A stretch of DNA of 64,000 nt from contig OX597827.1 of the NCBI GenBank assembly GCA_951406725.2, positions 8,184,001 to 8,248,000 on the forward strand, written 5' to 3'. Numbering within the stretch: position 1 is the first letter of the stretch; the number at the start of each line of letters is the position of its first letter. This DNA comes from Octopus vulgaris. Taxonomy: Eukaryota. The notes below the pieces were generated by a model, which saw only the letters and a program-made list of their open reading frames with translations, made no database searches and was not told where the DNA came from. The position numbers and the translations under genes are program-made. Below, piece by piece: positions 51,812 to 64,000 of the stretch.

Positions 51812-54214
51812 TTATTCCTTTAAAGAAGTTACCATAGTTGAATGAAGTAAGAATATTAAATAACTTACAGGAAGACTTCTTTCTCGGTTGGGCTGACAAT
51901 ATATTTCAGAGGGCAAAGAGCCCCGATTCTTGCTAAAAGATGTTGCCACGGGGACGGGGACATCATACTGAAGTGTCATTTGTTCACTATCATATCCAGG
52001 CTGTCTACTGGCACTCATACTTTTGTTAGCAGTATTTACGTTTGCTCTGTAATTTGTATTTCTCTGGTGGTTTCTCCGTACAATACACACTGTTATCGAC
52101 ACTACTGTGGCTACTGATACTATCACAGCTGCCAATAATATAATTATTACAAGATTAATGTGGATTTTATCATCTGATTTGGTATCTGGTAGAGTTAACA
52201 TTTTAGATGTCTTATTACTAACTGTAAGCGTCAAGGATAAAGTAGTCACTGTTGATAAAACTGGGATACCACTATCCTTGACTATGAATTTCAAATCATA
52301 TGATCCAGCATCATTTTGGTAAACTGTTCGAGAGAAGGACAATACACCCGTGTAAGGATTAATGGTAAATAACTGCTTATCGTTACCACCTAAAATTTCA
52401 TATCTAAGAAAAGCATTCACATGACTGTCCCTGTCTGAGGCTCTCAAAACAGTAATATCTTTTTTACTCTGTGGATGGTAATAAATATCCAAGCTAAAAG
52501 GGTTAACACTAGGAAATATAAAATAAGGGGCATTGTCATTTTTGTCCATGACTTCAATGATGACATTGGCTGTGTTGTTTAATGATGGTATTCCATTGTC
52601 TTTAACAAAAACTCTGAATTTGTATATATCTTGTTGTTCTCGGTCTAAGGATTTTGTAGTTAAAATGAAACCAAAGTTAGAAATTTCAAAAGGAAGTGTA
52701 TATCTTTGAGTCAATAGAGAATAAGTTAACTGTCCACCTGGTCCAAGATCAGGATCTATGGTATTAATCAAGCCAACAGGAAAATATGGTTTTTCGTTCT
52801 CATAGGTCAGGAACTTGAAAGAATCTTTGGAAAATTTTGGCTGTACATCATTGACATCCATCACCTGAATAGAGAATCTCCTTTGAGTTTTTAAAGGTGG
52901 TGATCCTTTGTCTTCGCATGTAATGGTAAAATCAGTTTGATTTTCAGTTTCCCGGTCAACAGAATTTTTAACAACTACTTTGTATTTTTTTTGGCCGAAG
53001 CTTTGAAGCTGAAGCTTTTCATGTTGTAGGTCACAACTTACCTGACCATTCTGGCCAGTGTCATTATCAATAACTTTGACAAATGCAATAAAGCTACCAA
53101 CTTCTGCTCTCTCCGATATTGTGACTGTATTTCCCGTTGATTCAGTAACAAATTTTATATCTACTTCTGGTGCATTATTCTGCTGATTGATGACATTAAC
53201 TCGAACCATAACTATACTACTCAAAGGAGGAAAACCTCCATCTTTAGCTTCAATGAACAGTTTATAGGTAACTCTTTTGCCACTTGTAGATTTACCATGA
53301 AAGAAAATCTCTCCAGTTGATTCATCTAAATCAAAATGTGATTTGGTTAAATCTGTTGTTTTGCTACTGAAATGATAGGAAATTTTACCATTGTTGTCTG
53401 TGTCTAAGTCTGTTGCTGTCAGAACGATGACAGATTCCCCTCTGTGGTATCCATTGTTTATTGTAATATTGTAAATGTTCTGAGAGAAAATGGGAGGGTT
53501 GTCATTTATATCAGTGACAGATATATGCACAGTTAAAATTCCTTGTAGAGAAGGCATTCCGCCATCTTTTGCAATAACCCGAATTACGTAATTGTCTTTT
53601 ATTTCCCTATCAATTTCTTTTTCTAAAATAATTTGTAGGTTGTTAGAGCCATCAACTCTTTTATAAACAGCAAGTTCAAAGGGCTCGTTTTCTTTTTTCT
53701 CTAGATGGTATATAATTTTAGAATTAAATATACCAACATCGCGATCAATTGCATTTGCAATTGATCGCTTACTTCCCTTTTTATCACCCTCAGAAAACTC
53801 GAGGTTAATTTCATCTGTAGGAAATTTTGGAGAATTGTCATTGATATCTTTGATGATAACTTTAATTTCTAATATCTTGATAAAGGATTCCCTTTTCTGC
53901 ACAGCAATATCCACCATCTCAAAACACTCAGTATTGTATTTACAAAAAGATTCAGCATCCAGTGTTTGAGCAGTGTAGAGTTTACCAGTTTTGGTAACAT
54001 TAAACAACTGGCGTTTATCCGTAACATGTTGTTGCAGTTGATTAAATTTGATTAAATAGTGGTCTTTTATAGGGATACTGTTCATTAAATGCGTATCGCT
54101 TCTGATATCACCCAAGTAAAATCCAGGATCTTTACCTTCTTCAACGTAATATGTAAAGTCAATACATTCACAGACATGGAGTAAAAATATGTGTACTAGA
54201 GCTTGTACAAACAT
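51812..54214 (-). CDS. Protocadherin (6 EC repeats, single TM); large ectodomain exon
   Basis: Signal peptide MFVQALVHIFLLHVCEC (ATG 54214; an in-frame ATG at 54256 is a less likely start). EC1 has LDAE and C-X5-C (CKYNTEC). Linkers are DINDNSPKF, DINDNPPIF, NQQNNAPEV, DVNDVQPKF, DKNDNAPYF, with DRE and A(K/R)DGG/DKG motifs. TM is INLVIIILLAAVIVSVATVVSITVCIV. The exon is bounded by acceptor ttattcttttccAG (exon starts 54294) and donor CCT|GTAAGT (exon ends 51869, phase 0); read-through stop at 51812. Confidence 0.96.
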   Translation of the reverse strand: MFVQALVHIFLLHVCECIDFTYYVEEGKDPGFYLGDIRSDTHLMNSIPIKDHYLIKFNQLQQHVTDKRQLFNVTKTGKLYTAQTLDAESFCKYNTECFEMVDIAVQKRESFIKILEIKVIIKDINDNSPKFPTDEINLEFSEGDKKGSKRSIANAIDRDVGIFNSKIIYHLEKKENEPFELAVYKRVDGSNNLQIILEKEIDREIKDNYVIRVIAKDGGMPSLQGILTVHISVTDINDNPPIFSQNIYNITINNGYHRGESVIVLTATDLDTDNNGKISYHFSSKTTDLTKSHFDLDESTGEIFFHGKSTSGKRVTYKLFIEAKDGGFPPLSSIVMVRVNVINQQNNAPEVDIKFVTESTGNTVTISERAEVGSFIAFVKVIDNDTGQNGQVSCDLQHEKLQLQSFGQKKYKVVVKNSVDRETENQTDFTITCEDKGSPPLKTQRRFSIQVMDVNDVQPKFSKDSFKFLTYENEKPYFPVGLINTIDPDLGPGGQLTYSLLTQRYTLPFEISNFGFILTTKSLDREQQDIYKFRVFVKDNGIPSLNNTANVIIEVMDKNDNAPYFIFPSVNPFSLDIYYHPQSKKDITVLRASDRDSHVNAFLRYEILGGNDKQLFTINPYTGVLSFSRTVYQNDAGSYDLKFIVKDSGIPVLSTVTTLSLTLTVSNKTSKMLTLPDTKSDDKIHINLVIIILLAAVIVSVATVVSITVCIVRRNHQRNTNYRANVNTANKSMSASRQPGYDSEQMTLQYDVPVPVATSFSKNRGSLPSEIYCQPNRERSLPVSYLIFLLHSTMVTSLKE

Positions 54215-54935
54215 GTTTTTCACAAATATTTCCAGTATGTATGGATGATAAGTCATATCTTAGTGCAAAATAGTTATCAAACCATTCGTAAATTCTGGAA
54301 AAGAATAAAATAAAGATAATATAATATACTGTGGCAATTGGTAATACACAATTCCTGCAAAGCAATTTTGTTTGTCCTTTATAATTTTATTTGAAACATG
54401 TATAGTTAGATAAATTCTCATTAAAAACTGCATCAAATCCCAAATGTATAAATTATAGAAAAACATATTTTATGTTCATAACATCTTAAATTATTAGTTT
54501 TATATCTATAATGTATAAATTATCTGTTTCAGTATTTATGTGAGTAAAAAAAAAAATTCAAGAGATACATTTCTGGTCTTCCTAGGCAGCAGGATAATGA
54601 CATTAATATGTGAATGACCAAAGTATATTATTATTAAAAAAAAAATACATTCCCATCAACTGTAACAAAGATAATCGTATTTCTATTTTCATGTCATTAA
54701 TATTTGTTTGACCATTCTAGCATGAACACGACAGGTGTACATCGCTTCAGTTGGCATCATATAAAAATTCTATAGAAATTTTGAACATATTTCTATGATG
54801 TTATCCTGAAGTAAACTAAATCTATTGTTCAAGTGTGTGTATAGTGTTGTCTGCATGTGTTTGCTTATGTGTGTATGTGTGTGGGGGTATGTCGGTGAGG
54901 AGAGAGAGAAAGAGAGAGAGCACATCTCTCACATA

Positions 54936-54990
<55 letters not shown>

Positions 54991-55604
54991 AGTATTTAGA
55001 GAGAGAGAGAGAGATAGAGAAATAGACATATGTATTTGTGTGTGTATGTGTGTGAATACACATACATATATATATATATGTATGTATATATGTATGCATT
55101 TCTAAATAAATAAACAGATAGACATATGTGTGCATTTGCTACAATAATATATACTCATATATGCACACATTCATACATATGCCCATGTATACATGCATAA
55201 ACACACATACACACACACATTCGCACACATATACATTACTGGTAGTGATCAGAAAAAAGACTACTCAATACCAGTGTTAGAGCATAAAACATATTCATAT
55301 ATATAGTGTGCTAGAAATTCATTATGGAAATATACAAGGCTTTCACAATCTTCAGCCGATAAATTCTGAGGAAATCTAAGAGGGAGGATGGGGTAGTAAT
55401 ATTTTGAAATGAACAGCAAAAATCTTATACAGACACGATATATGAACCTCATCTTCATATCGCTTAGTGAGAGATAGGGCTCAGAGTGTGATGAACATTA
55501 GAATAATCGCACTTTATCAATATTAAACCACAATAACAAGTTTAATATATCTGTTTCGTGTGTGAGCTTTCCAAATATGCGTACTACACTGTCTGCATTC
55601 TTAC

Positions 55605-55700
55605 GTTTAGCCAGAATTTATTTCAAAGACCAAGGAATGAAACTTAGTCCTGTTTCTGTGTAACACTTTTGGCGCCGATATAAATTCTGGCTGATCATAA
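55605..55700 (-). promoter_or_regulatory. Candidate non-coding first exon/core promoter of the protocadherin
   Basis: The acceptor at 54295 requires an upstream exon. Donor AAC|GTAAGA at 55605/55604, Inr-like TCAG near 55694 and a TATA-like TATATAAT ~30-35 nt upstream. Confidence 0.25.
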
Positions 55701-55805
55701 ATAGCTACATACATACATAATAAATTATATATTCTAATGAGATATTATAATTGCATATTTTATCAGTGACTATATACATAAACTCACACACTTATATACA
55801 CACAA

Positions 55806-55858
<53 letters not shown>

Positions 55859-55864
55859 TATATA

Positions 55865-56187
55865 CATCATCATCATCATTATCATCGTTTAACGTCTATT
55901 TTCCATGCTACCATGAGTTGGATGGTTCGACCAGGGTCTAGGAAGCCAGGAGGCTGCACCAGGCTCCAGTCTGATCTGGCAGTGTTTCTACAGCTGGATG
56001 CCCTTCTTAATGCCAACCACTCCGTGAGTGTAGTGGGTGCCTTTTATATGCTACCGGCACAGGGGCCAGAGGAGGCTGGCAAACGGCCGCGATTGGTTGG
56101 TGCTTTTACGTGTCACAACACAGATCCCAGTCAGGCGGTGCTGGCATCTGCCACGTTCGGATGGTGCTTTTTACATGTCACCGGCAC
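55865..56187 (-). mobile_element. SINE family A
   Basis: Family tail plus three internal units. Confidence 0.85.
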
Positions 56188-56334
56188 GTGTGTAAATATA
56201 TATCTTTCTCTATGCATGCTGCATATATTTATGCATGTTGCATGTGTGTGCATATATTATCAGTGTGGATAATGGTGTGCAGTGTGGGTGCTGAGAAGTG
56301 TTTGGTACTAGTGTGCATACCTATATATATATAC

Positions 56335-56668
56335 TGTTGTGTCTGGGGAGAGTAATTTTTTTTTGGTGGGGGGGGGCCTTATAATTTAACATACTCACTA
56401 GTAAAATTTCCACTTATTTCTTATTTATATTTTCCTAAAATTTTCGTTGTGTCTTGCAACCTTTTCAATAGTCTTGGCTCTTTGAAAAGGTTGCAAGACA
56501 CAACGAAAATTTTAGGAAAATAAAAATAAGAAATAAGTGGAAATTTTACCTGTGGGTGTGTTAAATCATAAGGCACAAAAACAAAATGACTCTCCACAGA
56601 CACAACAGAATATGCTTCAACACACGAATTCACATAAAGAATCTTGCAAACCAAATCCCCAAACAAAA
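56335..56668. repeat. Hairpin element, same family as 16234
   Basis: Arms ~56335-56468 and ~56482-56607. Confidence 0.75.
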
Positions 56669-58041
56669 TATATATATATGTCTTTATTTATAAATATAAA
56701 AAAGTATTTCTTAGTATTTTAGTTTTTAAATTCTAATTTCAGTAGCAATATTTCAAGTTCATTTTTTCTTCTTGTCCTGTATTTTTCCATTTTCAATACA
56801 TAAGAATATTCTGGCATTCTGTACTCACATTTTTCTTTCTGTTACTACTTGTTCAGTACTTTATCAGGTTCAATACTAGGGAATATTCTAGAATTCTGCA
56901 CCCGCATTTTTCATTCTAGTTTATATATATATACATATATATATACATATATGTATATACATATACATATATATATATATATGCATCCCAATGTTTCTCT
57001 CATTCATCTTTTTATCATCTGATCAATTACACCTAACCAGAAACCCTGCATACCAATGAAATGAATGAGCAACATCTTCTGAATGAATAGTTTTTCCTAC
57101 ATGCATTCAATAGTCTTTCTCTTGTGCATACCTCCCCAGGTATGGCTGAGTGGTAAAGAATTTTACTTTACAATCACGTAGTTTCTAATTTGATCCCATG
57201 GCTAGAAATTTTCGGCAAATATATTTTCTTGTGATTGCACTAAAAATATATATCTCCTTTTGCAATTTGATTGCGAGTGACAAACTAACTTCAACTTGAA
57301 TAGACTACTTGGAATTTGAAATTTCTAAAGAGAATTTTGGCATAAGACATAAACATGGTGTAAGATTGCGTGAGCAATCTGCTTTTCATTTTGGATATGA
57401 CCCCAAGTAAAAAATATTATTCTATTACAACCAGTGACTGGTATCTTGAGTCGACCTATGTCTTATGTGATTAAGTGAGTTTACCCACTTAGAAATTGTG
57501 TGGAACTGATTTGGATAAACTTTACACGTAATTCAAAAGCCCAGATCTATCACAGACTTTGTTGTACCCATTCTGTCCAAGGATTAAGTTCAGAATACTC
57601 TTGTCAACTTGTACTTTAATATAATGAGCAGATGGTGATAAGCTGGTAGGACTGTTACAATAAAAAGCTTAGTGGAATTTTGTTAATCTTTACGTTCTGA
57701 GCTCAAATTCCACCAAGGTTAATTTCGCCTTTCATCCTTTTGATGTCAATAAAATAAGTACCTGTTGAGCACTGGGGTCAATGTAATTAACTAAACCCCA
57801 CCCCACCTGAAATTGCTGGCCTTACACCAAAACTTGAAATCAATATTACCAGGGATCCATCTATGTGTATGCACTTTCAAACACAAACATCCAAGCACAC
57901 ACAGACAAGTATATATATATTTATATATACATACATTTCACTAAATCAGTAAATAACAGCATTTGCACACTAGTTATGTTCAATTCATATAGATTCTTCA
58001 ATGGATTGCTAGTCACCTTGATCTTTGATTGAGGAATTTTA

Positions 58042-58084
<43 letters not shown>

Positions 58085-58157
58085 CACACATACACACACA
58101 CGCACACACATGCATACACACACACACAAAGATATTTATATAGATAGATAGATCAAC

Positions 58158-58196
<39 letters not shown>

Positions 58197-58268
58197 CAGA
58201 CAGATGGATGGATCAACAGATAGATAGATAGATAGATAGAAAGATAAACACACACAAAGCTATATAAT

Positions 58269-58583
58269 CATCATCATCATCATCATTTAGCGTCTGCTTT
58301 CCATGCTAGCATGGGTTGGACAGTTCAACTGGGGTCTGTGAAGCCAGAAGGCTGCATCAAGCCCAGTCTGATCTGGCAGAGTTTCTACAGCTGGATGCCC
58401 TTCCTAACGCCAACCACTCCGTGAGTGTAGTGGGTGCTTATTACGTGCCACCCGCACAGGTGCCAGACGGAGCTGGCAGACGGCCACGGTCAGATTGGTG
58501 TATTTTATGTGCCACTGGCACGGGGGCCAGGTGAGGCTGGCAATGGCCACAAACGGATGGTGCTTTTTACGTGCCACCGGCAC
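58269..58583 (-). mobile_element. SINE family A
   Basis: Family tail plus three internal units. Confidence 0.85.
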
Positions 58584-58964
58584 ATATACCAATGACTTGT
58601 AGGGACATTGTATTTCATTATACAACCATAATATACTGCAACAGAGATTTATTATTGCTATATTAAACACTTTGTAAGTTAATACTGTGTTCTACTGTGT
58701 TAGCACTGCTATTAAATCACTTATTAAATCTCTATAGGTTTTCTATACAAAATATACAAAATTGCAGGATTTCTTGCTCCTTCACCAGCACCCATCCAAC
58801 CCATTAACCACCCAGGAACTCCTTGCATATACACGCATTACTCGTTTTTCATCTTCAATTTCATTGTTGTTTACATTTAAGATACTCAGATATGAAACCT
58901 TGTAACAAATCAATGCTGGCTGTGATTGCTATAGAAAATATGTAGAGACAACCTTAACCAAATG

Positions 58965-59930
58965 ATACATATATATACATACGTGTAGACATACAGACAT
59001 ACATGCATACATGCATACATACATGCATGCATACATACATACATACATACATACATACATACATACATACATACATACATACATACATACATACATACAT
59101 ACATACATACATAAATACATACATACATATATACATACATACTTACATACATACATGCATACATGTATAATACATACATACATACATACATACACACATA
59201 CAGTCATACATACATACATACATACATGCATGCATACATACATACATACATACATACATACATACATACATACATACATACACACATACACACATACATA
59301 CATACATACACACACATACATACATACATACATACATACATACACACATACATACATACATACATACATACACACACATACATACATACATACATACATA
59401 CACACATACATACATACATACATACATACATACATACATACATGCATACATACATACATCATACATACACACATACATGCATACACACATACAGTCATAC
59501 ATACAAACATACATGCATACATACATACATACATACATACATACATACATACATACATACACACATACACACATACATGCAAACATACATATATACATAC
59601 ATACGTACATGTAGATTACACACATACATACATACGTACATACATACATACATACACACATACGTACATACATACATACATACATACATACATACATACA
59701 TACATACATACATACATACATACATACATACATACATACATACATACATACATACACACATACAGTTATACAGATATCTTCATCTTCGTACATACATACA
59801 TGCATACATACATACATACATACATACATGCATACATCATTACATACATACATACATACATACAGTCATACATATACACATACATACATGCATACATACA
59901 TACATGCATACACACATACATGCAAACATA
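58965..59930. repeat. ~1-kb (ACAT)n satellite
   Basis: Direct reading; source of the long HTYI/MYVC ORFs. Confidence 0.97.
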
Positions 59931-60378
59931 CACTTTTTATGTGTAGACAGCCAAGAATTCATATCCAGCATTGCATAAGGAATACATCAAGATTTTACTA
60001 AACTCAAATTTACTTAATACAGGTTCCTGTGTAAAGCCTACAAAACTTTAAGTTACAGGGACCGAATCAAGCTGTTTTAAATAATGTATGTGTTTTTGTT
60101 CACACACACACATACATACTAAATCATTCTGTTTCTAATATACATCCAGATGTTTTGCACCTATGAATTATATTTGAGGGAATGCAACATTAAATATCAC
60201 TTTTTATGTGTAGACAGCCAAGAATTCATATCCAGCATTGCATAAGGAATACATCAAGATTTTACTAAACCCAAATTTACTTAATACAGGTTCCTGTGTA
60301 AAGCCTACAAAACTTTAAGTTACAGGGACCGAATCAAGCTGTTTTAAATAATGTATGTGTTTTTGTTCACACACACAC
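59931..60378 (+). repeat. ~180-bp direct duplication
   Basis: 59931-60110 vs 60198-60378, one visible mismatch. Confidence 0.95.
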
Positions 60379-60441
60379 ACACACACACACACATCTGTAT
60401 ATGTGTGTGTGTGTATATATATATATGTGTATATCTATATA

Positions 60442-60674
60442 TATTTCTTTACTACCCACAAGGGGCTAAACATAGAGGGGACAAACAAGGACAGACAAAG
60501 GGATTAAGTCGATTACATCGACCCCAGTGCGTAACTGGTACTTAATTTATCGACCCCGAAAGGATGAAAGGCAAAGTCGACCTCGGCGGAATTTGAACCC
60601 AGAACACTTAACGGCAGACGAAATACGGCTACGCATTTCGCCCGACGTGCTAACGTTTCTGCCAGCTCGCCGCC
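60442..60674 (-). mobile_element. SINE family C
   Basis: Full copy; TSD tatatgtgtatatctatatat on both sides. Confidence 0.88.
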
Positions 60675-60838
60675 TATATGTGTATATCTATATATGTATA
60701 TATATTTTTTTTTCCAAGTATGTATGTATATATATATATATAACGGGAAGCTTACGAAAATAAACAGAAGACGAAGGCAGGTGGAGTACAAACAAACAAT
60801 TGTATTAGTATGGCGCTCAGGAATAGAAATAAAACAAG

Positions 60839-60876
60839 TCTTTTACGTTTCGAGGCTACGCTCTTCAACAGAAAGA
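60839..60876 (-). ncRNA. Minimal type I hammerhead ribozyme-like motif (A6U variant)
   Basis: TCTTT-CTGTTGA-A-GAG cgtagc CTC-GAAA-CG-T-A-AAAGA: 5-bp stem I, stem II, palindromic ACGT stem III, GUA site. Confidence 0.6.
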
Positions 60877-60892
60877 TACACAGAAAAGAAAC

Positions 60893-60954
<62 letters not shown>

Positions 60955-60989
60955 GTAAAAATAATATGTGACAAATACTCGGTAGCCAA

Positions 60990-61050
60990 GATAAAACTCT
61001 GAGTTTTGGATGCCAAAGTGGAAATCCACACCACCATCTCTTCAGTTATC
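60990..61050 (-). ncRNA. Type I hammerhead-like motif, probably inactivated (G12A)
   Basis: GATAA-CTGAAGA-GATG...CATC-C-AAAA-CTCaGAG-T-T-TTATC: perfect stem I and stem III. Confidence 0.55.
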
Positions 61051-61491
61051 TGGCCATCTTCGCTACCGAGTAATTGTCTCATATTACATTTACAGATAAA
61101 TTCCTCTATTTACATAATATTGAAGTCTCTTTCTTTCTTTTGTTATCATACCATTTTTACCTATATATATATATATATATTGTTTTCGTTCAGTTTCCTT
61201 GTATATCTCCACTGTCATGTTTTTATTTCTAACTTTGATACTCCATAAATCCTAAATTTCATTTTAGAATTTATGGGAGTACTTGTCTTTGAAGACTCAT
61301 ATTGTCATTGAATGCTCAAAATGAGGAGTGGATAGACAGCCGACAACTCATGAAGGGTCCTTTCTCTATGTTTATTCGTCCTGTTCTCCATTTTTTTCCT
61401 CATTGTTTACATATGTAACTCGTTTGTTTATGTATTTCATGTTGTCTGAACCATTGGTAACGTCCTGAACCCATATATGCATGTATGCATG

Positions 61492-61522
<31 letters not shown>

Positions 61523-61747
61523 TCACATATGTATGTATCTATATTTAAAAAAATGAACAGAAATGGTTTTTCAGATAATTTTTCCACTTTAATAATTAGG
61601 TGTTTAAACATCTAATTAAAGTGGAAAAAATTATTAGAAAAGTCATTTCCATTCATTTTTTTTTTTTCAAATATATAATACTGTACCAAAGTATGAAACT
61701 AATACACCTGCTTGTTTTTCCCCTCACCTGTCTTCATCTTTTGCTTC

Positions 61748-61810
<63 letters not shown>

Positions 61811-62619
61811 AGGAAACAAATGGAAGAATGTAGTACCAAACACATATGCAGTCGGTTTTTGAGTAAAAAATGTATTCAATAGAGCCCAGTTATTTCCTCT
61901 TTTGAAATATAGAGTATCGACTAAAGCCTGACTACCTGACTATAGTGCAACTTCTACAGTTTTGCATCAATCCTTTACACAAAATTACTTCTTTTATTGC
62001 ATATTATTATGGTTATTCAGTGTACAGAAAAGAGGTTCCGTGATTGCTATAAGATTTGCTCTTTCAAGCTTGGTGCAAGATTGTCTCCATTATATTTTGT
62101 CTGAATTTTGCATGACATTTTTTTTCCTAAATGTGAATTTACTATTGGTCATGCCTTATGCCTGATATTCTGCTAGCAGAGTTACTGTAAGTCATGCATC
62201 AAGCAGCTTCTGTTGTATAGCTTTGGCTATTACCAGATCTTCTCTGTTACTTCTTTAGTGAGTACTAGATTTAATTATCTGTAAAACTATCTTATGGCTT
62301 GTTTTATTCTGATATTTTTACTACTTAAGCTATTTTGTATATATTAAGGAATCACTCTATGATGCAGAACTTCGGAGATGCTTTATCAATCAATGTAATT
62401 TAAAATGCATTGTGAAAATGCCTAACACAGGCAGTACACAATGAAAAGAACATCAAACCAGCAGTTTGAAACAGCAATGGGCTATACATGAAACATTCAA
62501 TTTAATGGAATATAGAAGATTATTTACATATATTGAAAAATACAATAGAGTTGAATTAGTTGGAGAAACTTGATAGAAAACTATTAAAACCTTATCAGCA
62601 TCAGGATCTCACTCCCCTT

Positions 62620-62657
62620 CTCTCTTCTTCTCCTCTCTCTTTCTCTCTCTATCTATC

Positions 62658-62698
<41 letters not shown>

Positions 62699-62940
62699 TT
62701 TTCTATCTATCTATCCATCTATCCATCCATCTATCTATCCATCTATCTATCCATCCATCCATCCATCCATCCATCCATTCATCCATCCATCTATCTATCT
62801 ATCTATCTATCCATCCATCCATCCATCCATCCATCCATCCATCCATCTATCTATCTATCTCTATATATATGTATATATGTACATGTGTATATATGTGTTT
62901 ATATATATATGTATATATACGTGTGTGTGTGTGTGCATAC

Positions 62941-62972
<32 letters not shown>

Positions 62973-63030
62973 ATGTATATGTACATGCATATATATTTTT
63001 TCGTATATACTTATATTTACATATATAAAC
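62620..63030. repeat. (ATCT)n/(ATCC)n/(TA)n compound repeat
   Basis: Direct reading. Confidence 0.92.
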
Positions 63031-63330
63031 ATATGAATACATGCACACATACACTCATAACGATCCTGGGTCAAGGTGAAAAGCTCCCAATGAAATTAAT
63101 ATAGAATAAATCATACAGTTTAACGATTATAGAATGCCGCCAATCCATTATTCTAAACGTATCAAAATTACTCAAAGACATTCAATATGATTCAGTTCAT
63201 TATCATCAGACCTGACTGACTTGTGCATCTGCTCCACTCAAATTAATGTGGATTAGGTGTACAAAACAACCAAATCTCATGAAAACGATATCAACTACAA
63301 TGAGTGCCTTGCAATTATTTTGAAACTATT

Positions 63331-63760
63331 ACTCTTTACTCTTTTACTCTTTTACTTGTTTCAGTCATTTTGACTGTGGCCATGCTGGAGCACCGCCTTT
63401 AGTCGAGCAACTCGACCCCGGGACTTATTCTTTTGTAAGCCCAGTGCTTATTCTATCTATCGGTCTCTTTTGCCGAAACACTAAGTGACGGGGGGCATAA
63501 ACACACCAGCATCGGTTGTCAAGCAATGCTAGGGGGACAAACACAGACACACAAACACACACACGCATATATACATATATATATATATACATATATACGA
63601 CAGGCTTCTTTCAGTTTCCGTCTACCAAATCCACTCACAAGGCATTGGTCGGCCCGGGGCTATAGCAGAAGACACTTGCCCAAGGTACCACGCAGTGGGA
63701 CTGAACCCGGAACCATGTGGTTGGTTAGCAAGCTACTTACCAAACAGCTACTCCTGTGCC
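63331..63760 (-). mobile_element. SINE family B
   Basis: Full-length copy. Confidence 0.9.
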
Positions 63761-64000
63761 TATTAGTAACATTGACTGATTAAGTTCTATATCTACATAT
63801 GTGTGTTTGTGAGTTTGTGTGCACGTGTGTGTAAAACAAAAACCCACTTTCTGAAGCTGATTAGGATTGGACAAGTCTACCATACAATATATCCCCAAAT
63901 ATCTTCATCATTTGTCATCATATCTACTTATCTGTGGAGCCAAGCTTCTTGGTATCTGACCTCACCACTTCTTCACACATCCTATTCTTTTATGGAAAAC

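Noticed and set aside
51930-51955. WIRS (WAVE-binding) motif in VATSFSK
   Set aside because: Lacks the bulky hydrophobic residue two positions before T/S-F.
54215-54256. ORF-track start MTYHPY for the protocadherin
   Set aside because: The downstream Met (54214) directly begins a typical signal peptide; the upstream ATG cannot be excluded but is less likely.
58910-59978. Long ORFs (up to 311 aa) of HTYI/MYVC, plus poly-I/L/Y ORFs at 4358, 8433 and 17324
   Set aside because: Translations of stop-free microsatellites.

Overview
AT-rich, microsatellite- and retroposon-dense eukaryotic DNA. It is most likely an octopus (coleoid cephalopod) genome, inferred from the protocadherin type and SINE families. 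The only convincing protein gene is a minus-strand protocadherin. One large exon (51869-54294) encodes the signal peptide, six cadherin repeats, the TM helix and a proximal cytoplasmic tail, and ends at a GTAAGT donor. A plausible in-phase terminal coding exon lies ~49 kb away (2648-2722). The rest is five SINE families (my labels A-E), remnants of CR1-group, RTE and Penelope-like retroelements, mariner derivatives, TTAA MITEs, Helitron-like elements and many simple repeats. The most unusual structures are: a 65-unit 34-bp minisatellite built from a SINE/target-site junction; a 4x reiterated LINE tail; minimal hammerhead-ribozyme motifs in (TA)n-embedded Penelope-like pieces; many long palindromes; a SINE inserted exactly in the YADD codons of an RTE reverse transcriptase; and a fold-back mariner. 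Nearly all other ORFs in the track are repeat artefacts. Family names are from recall and were not checked against any database.
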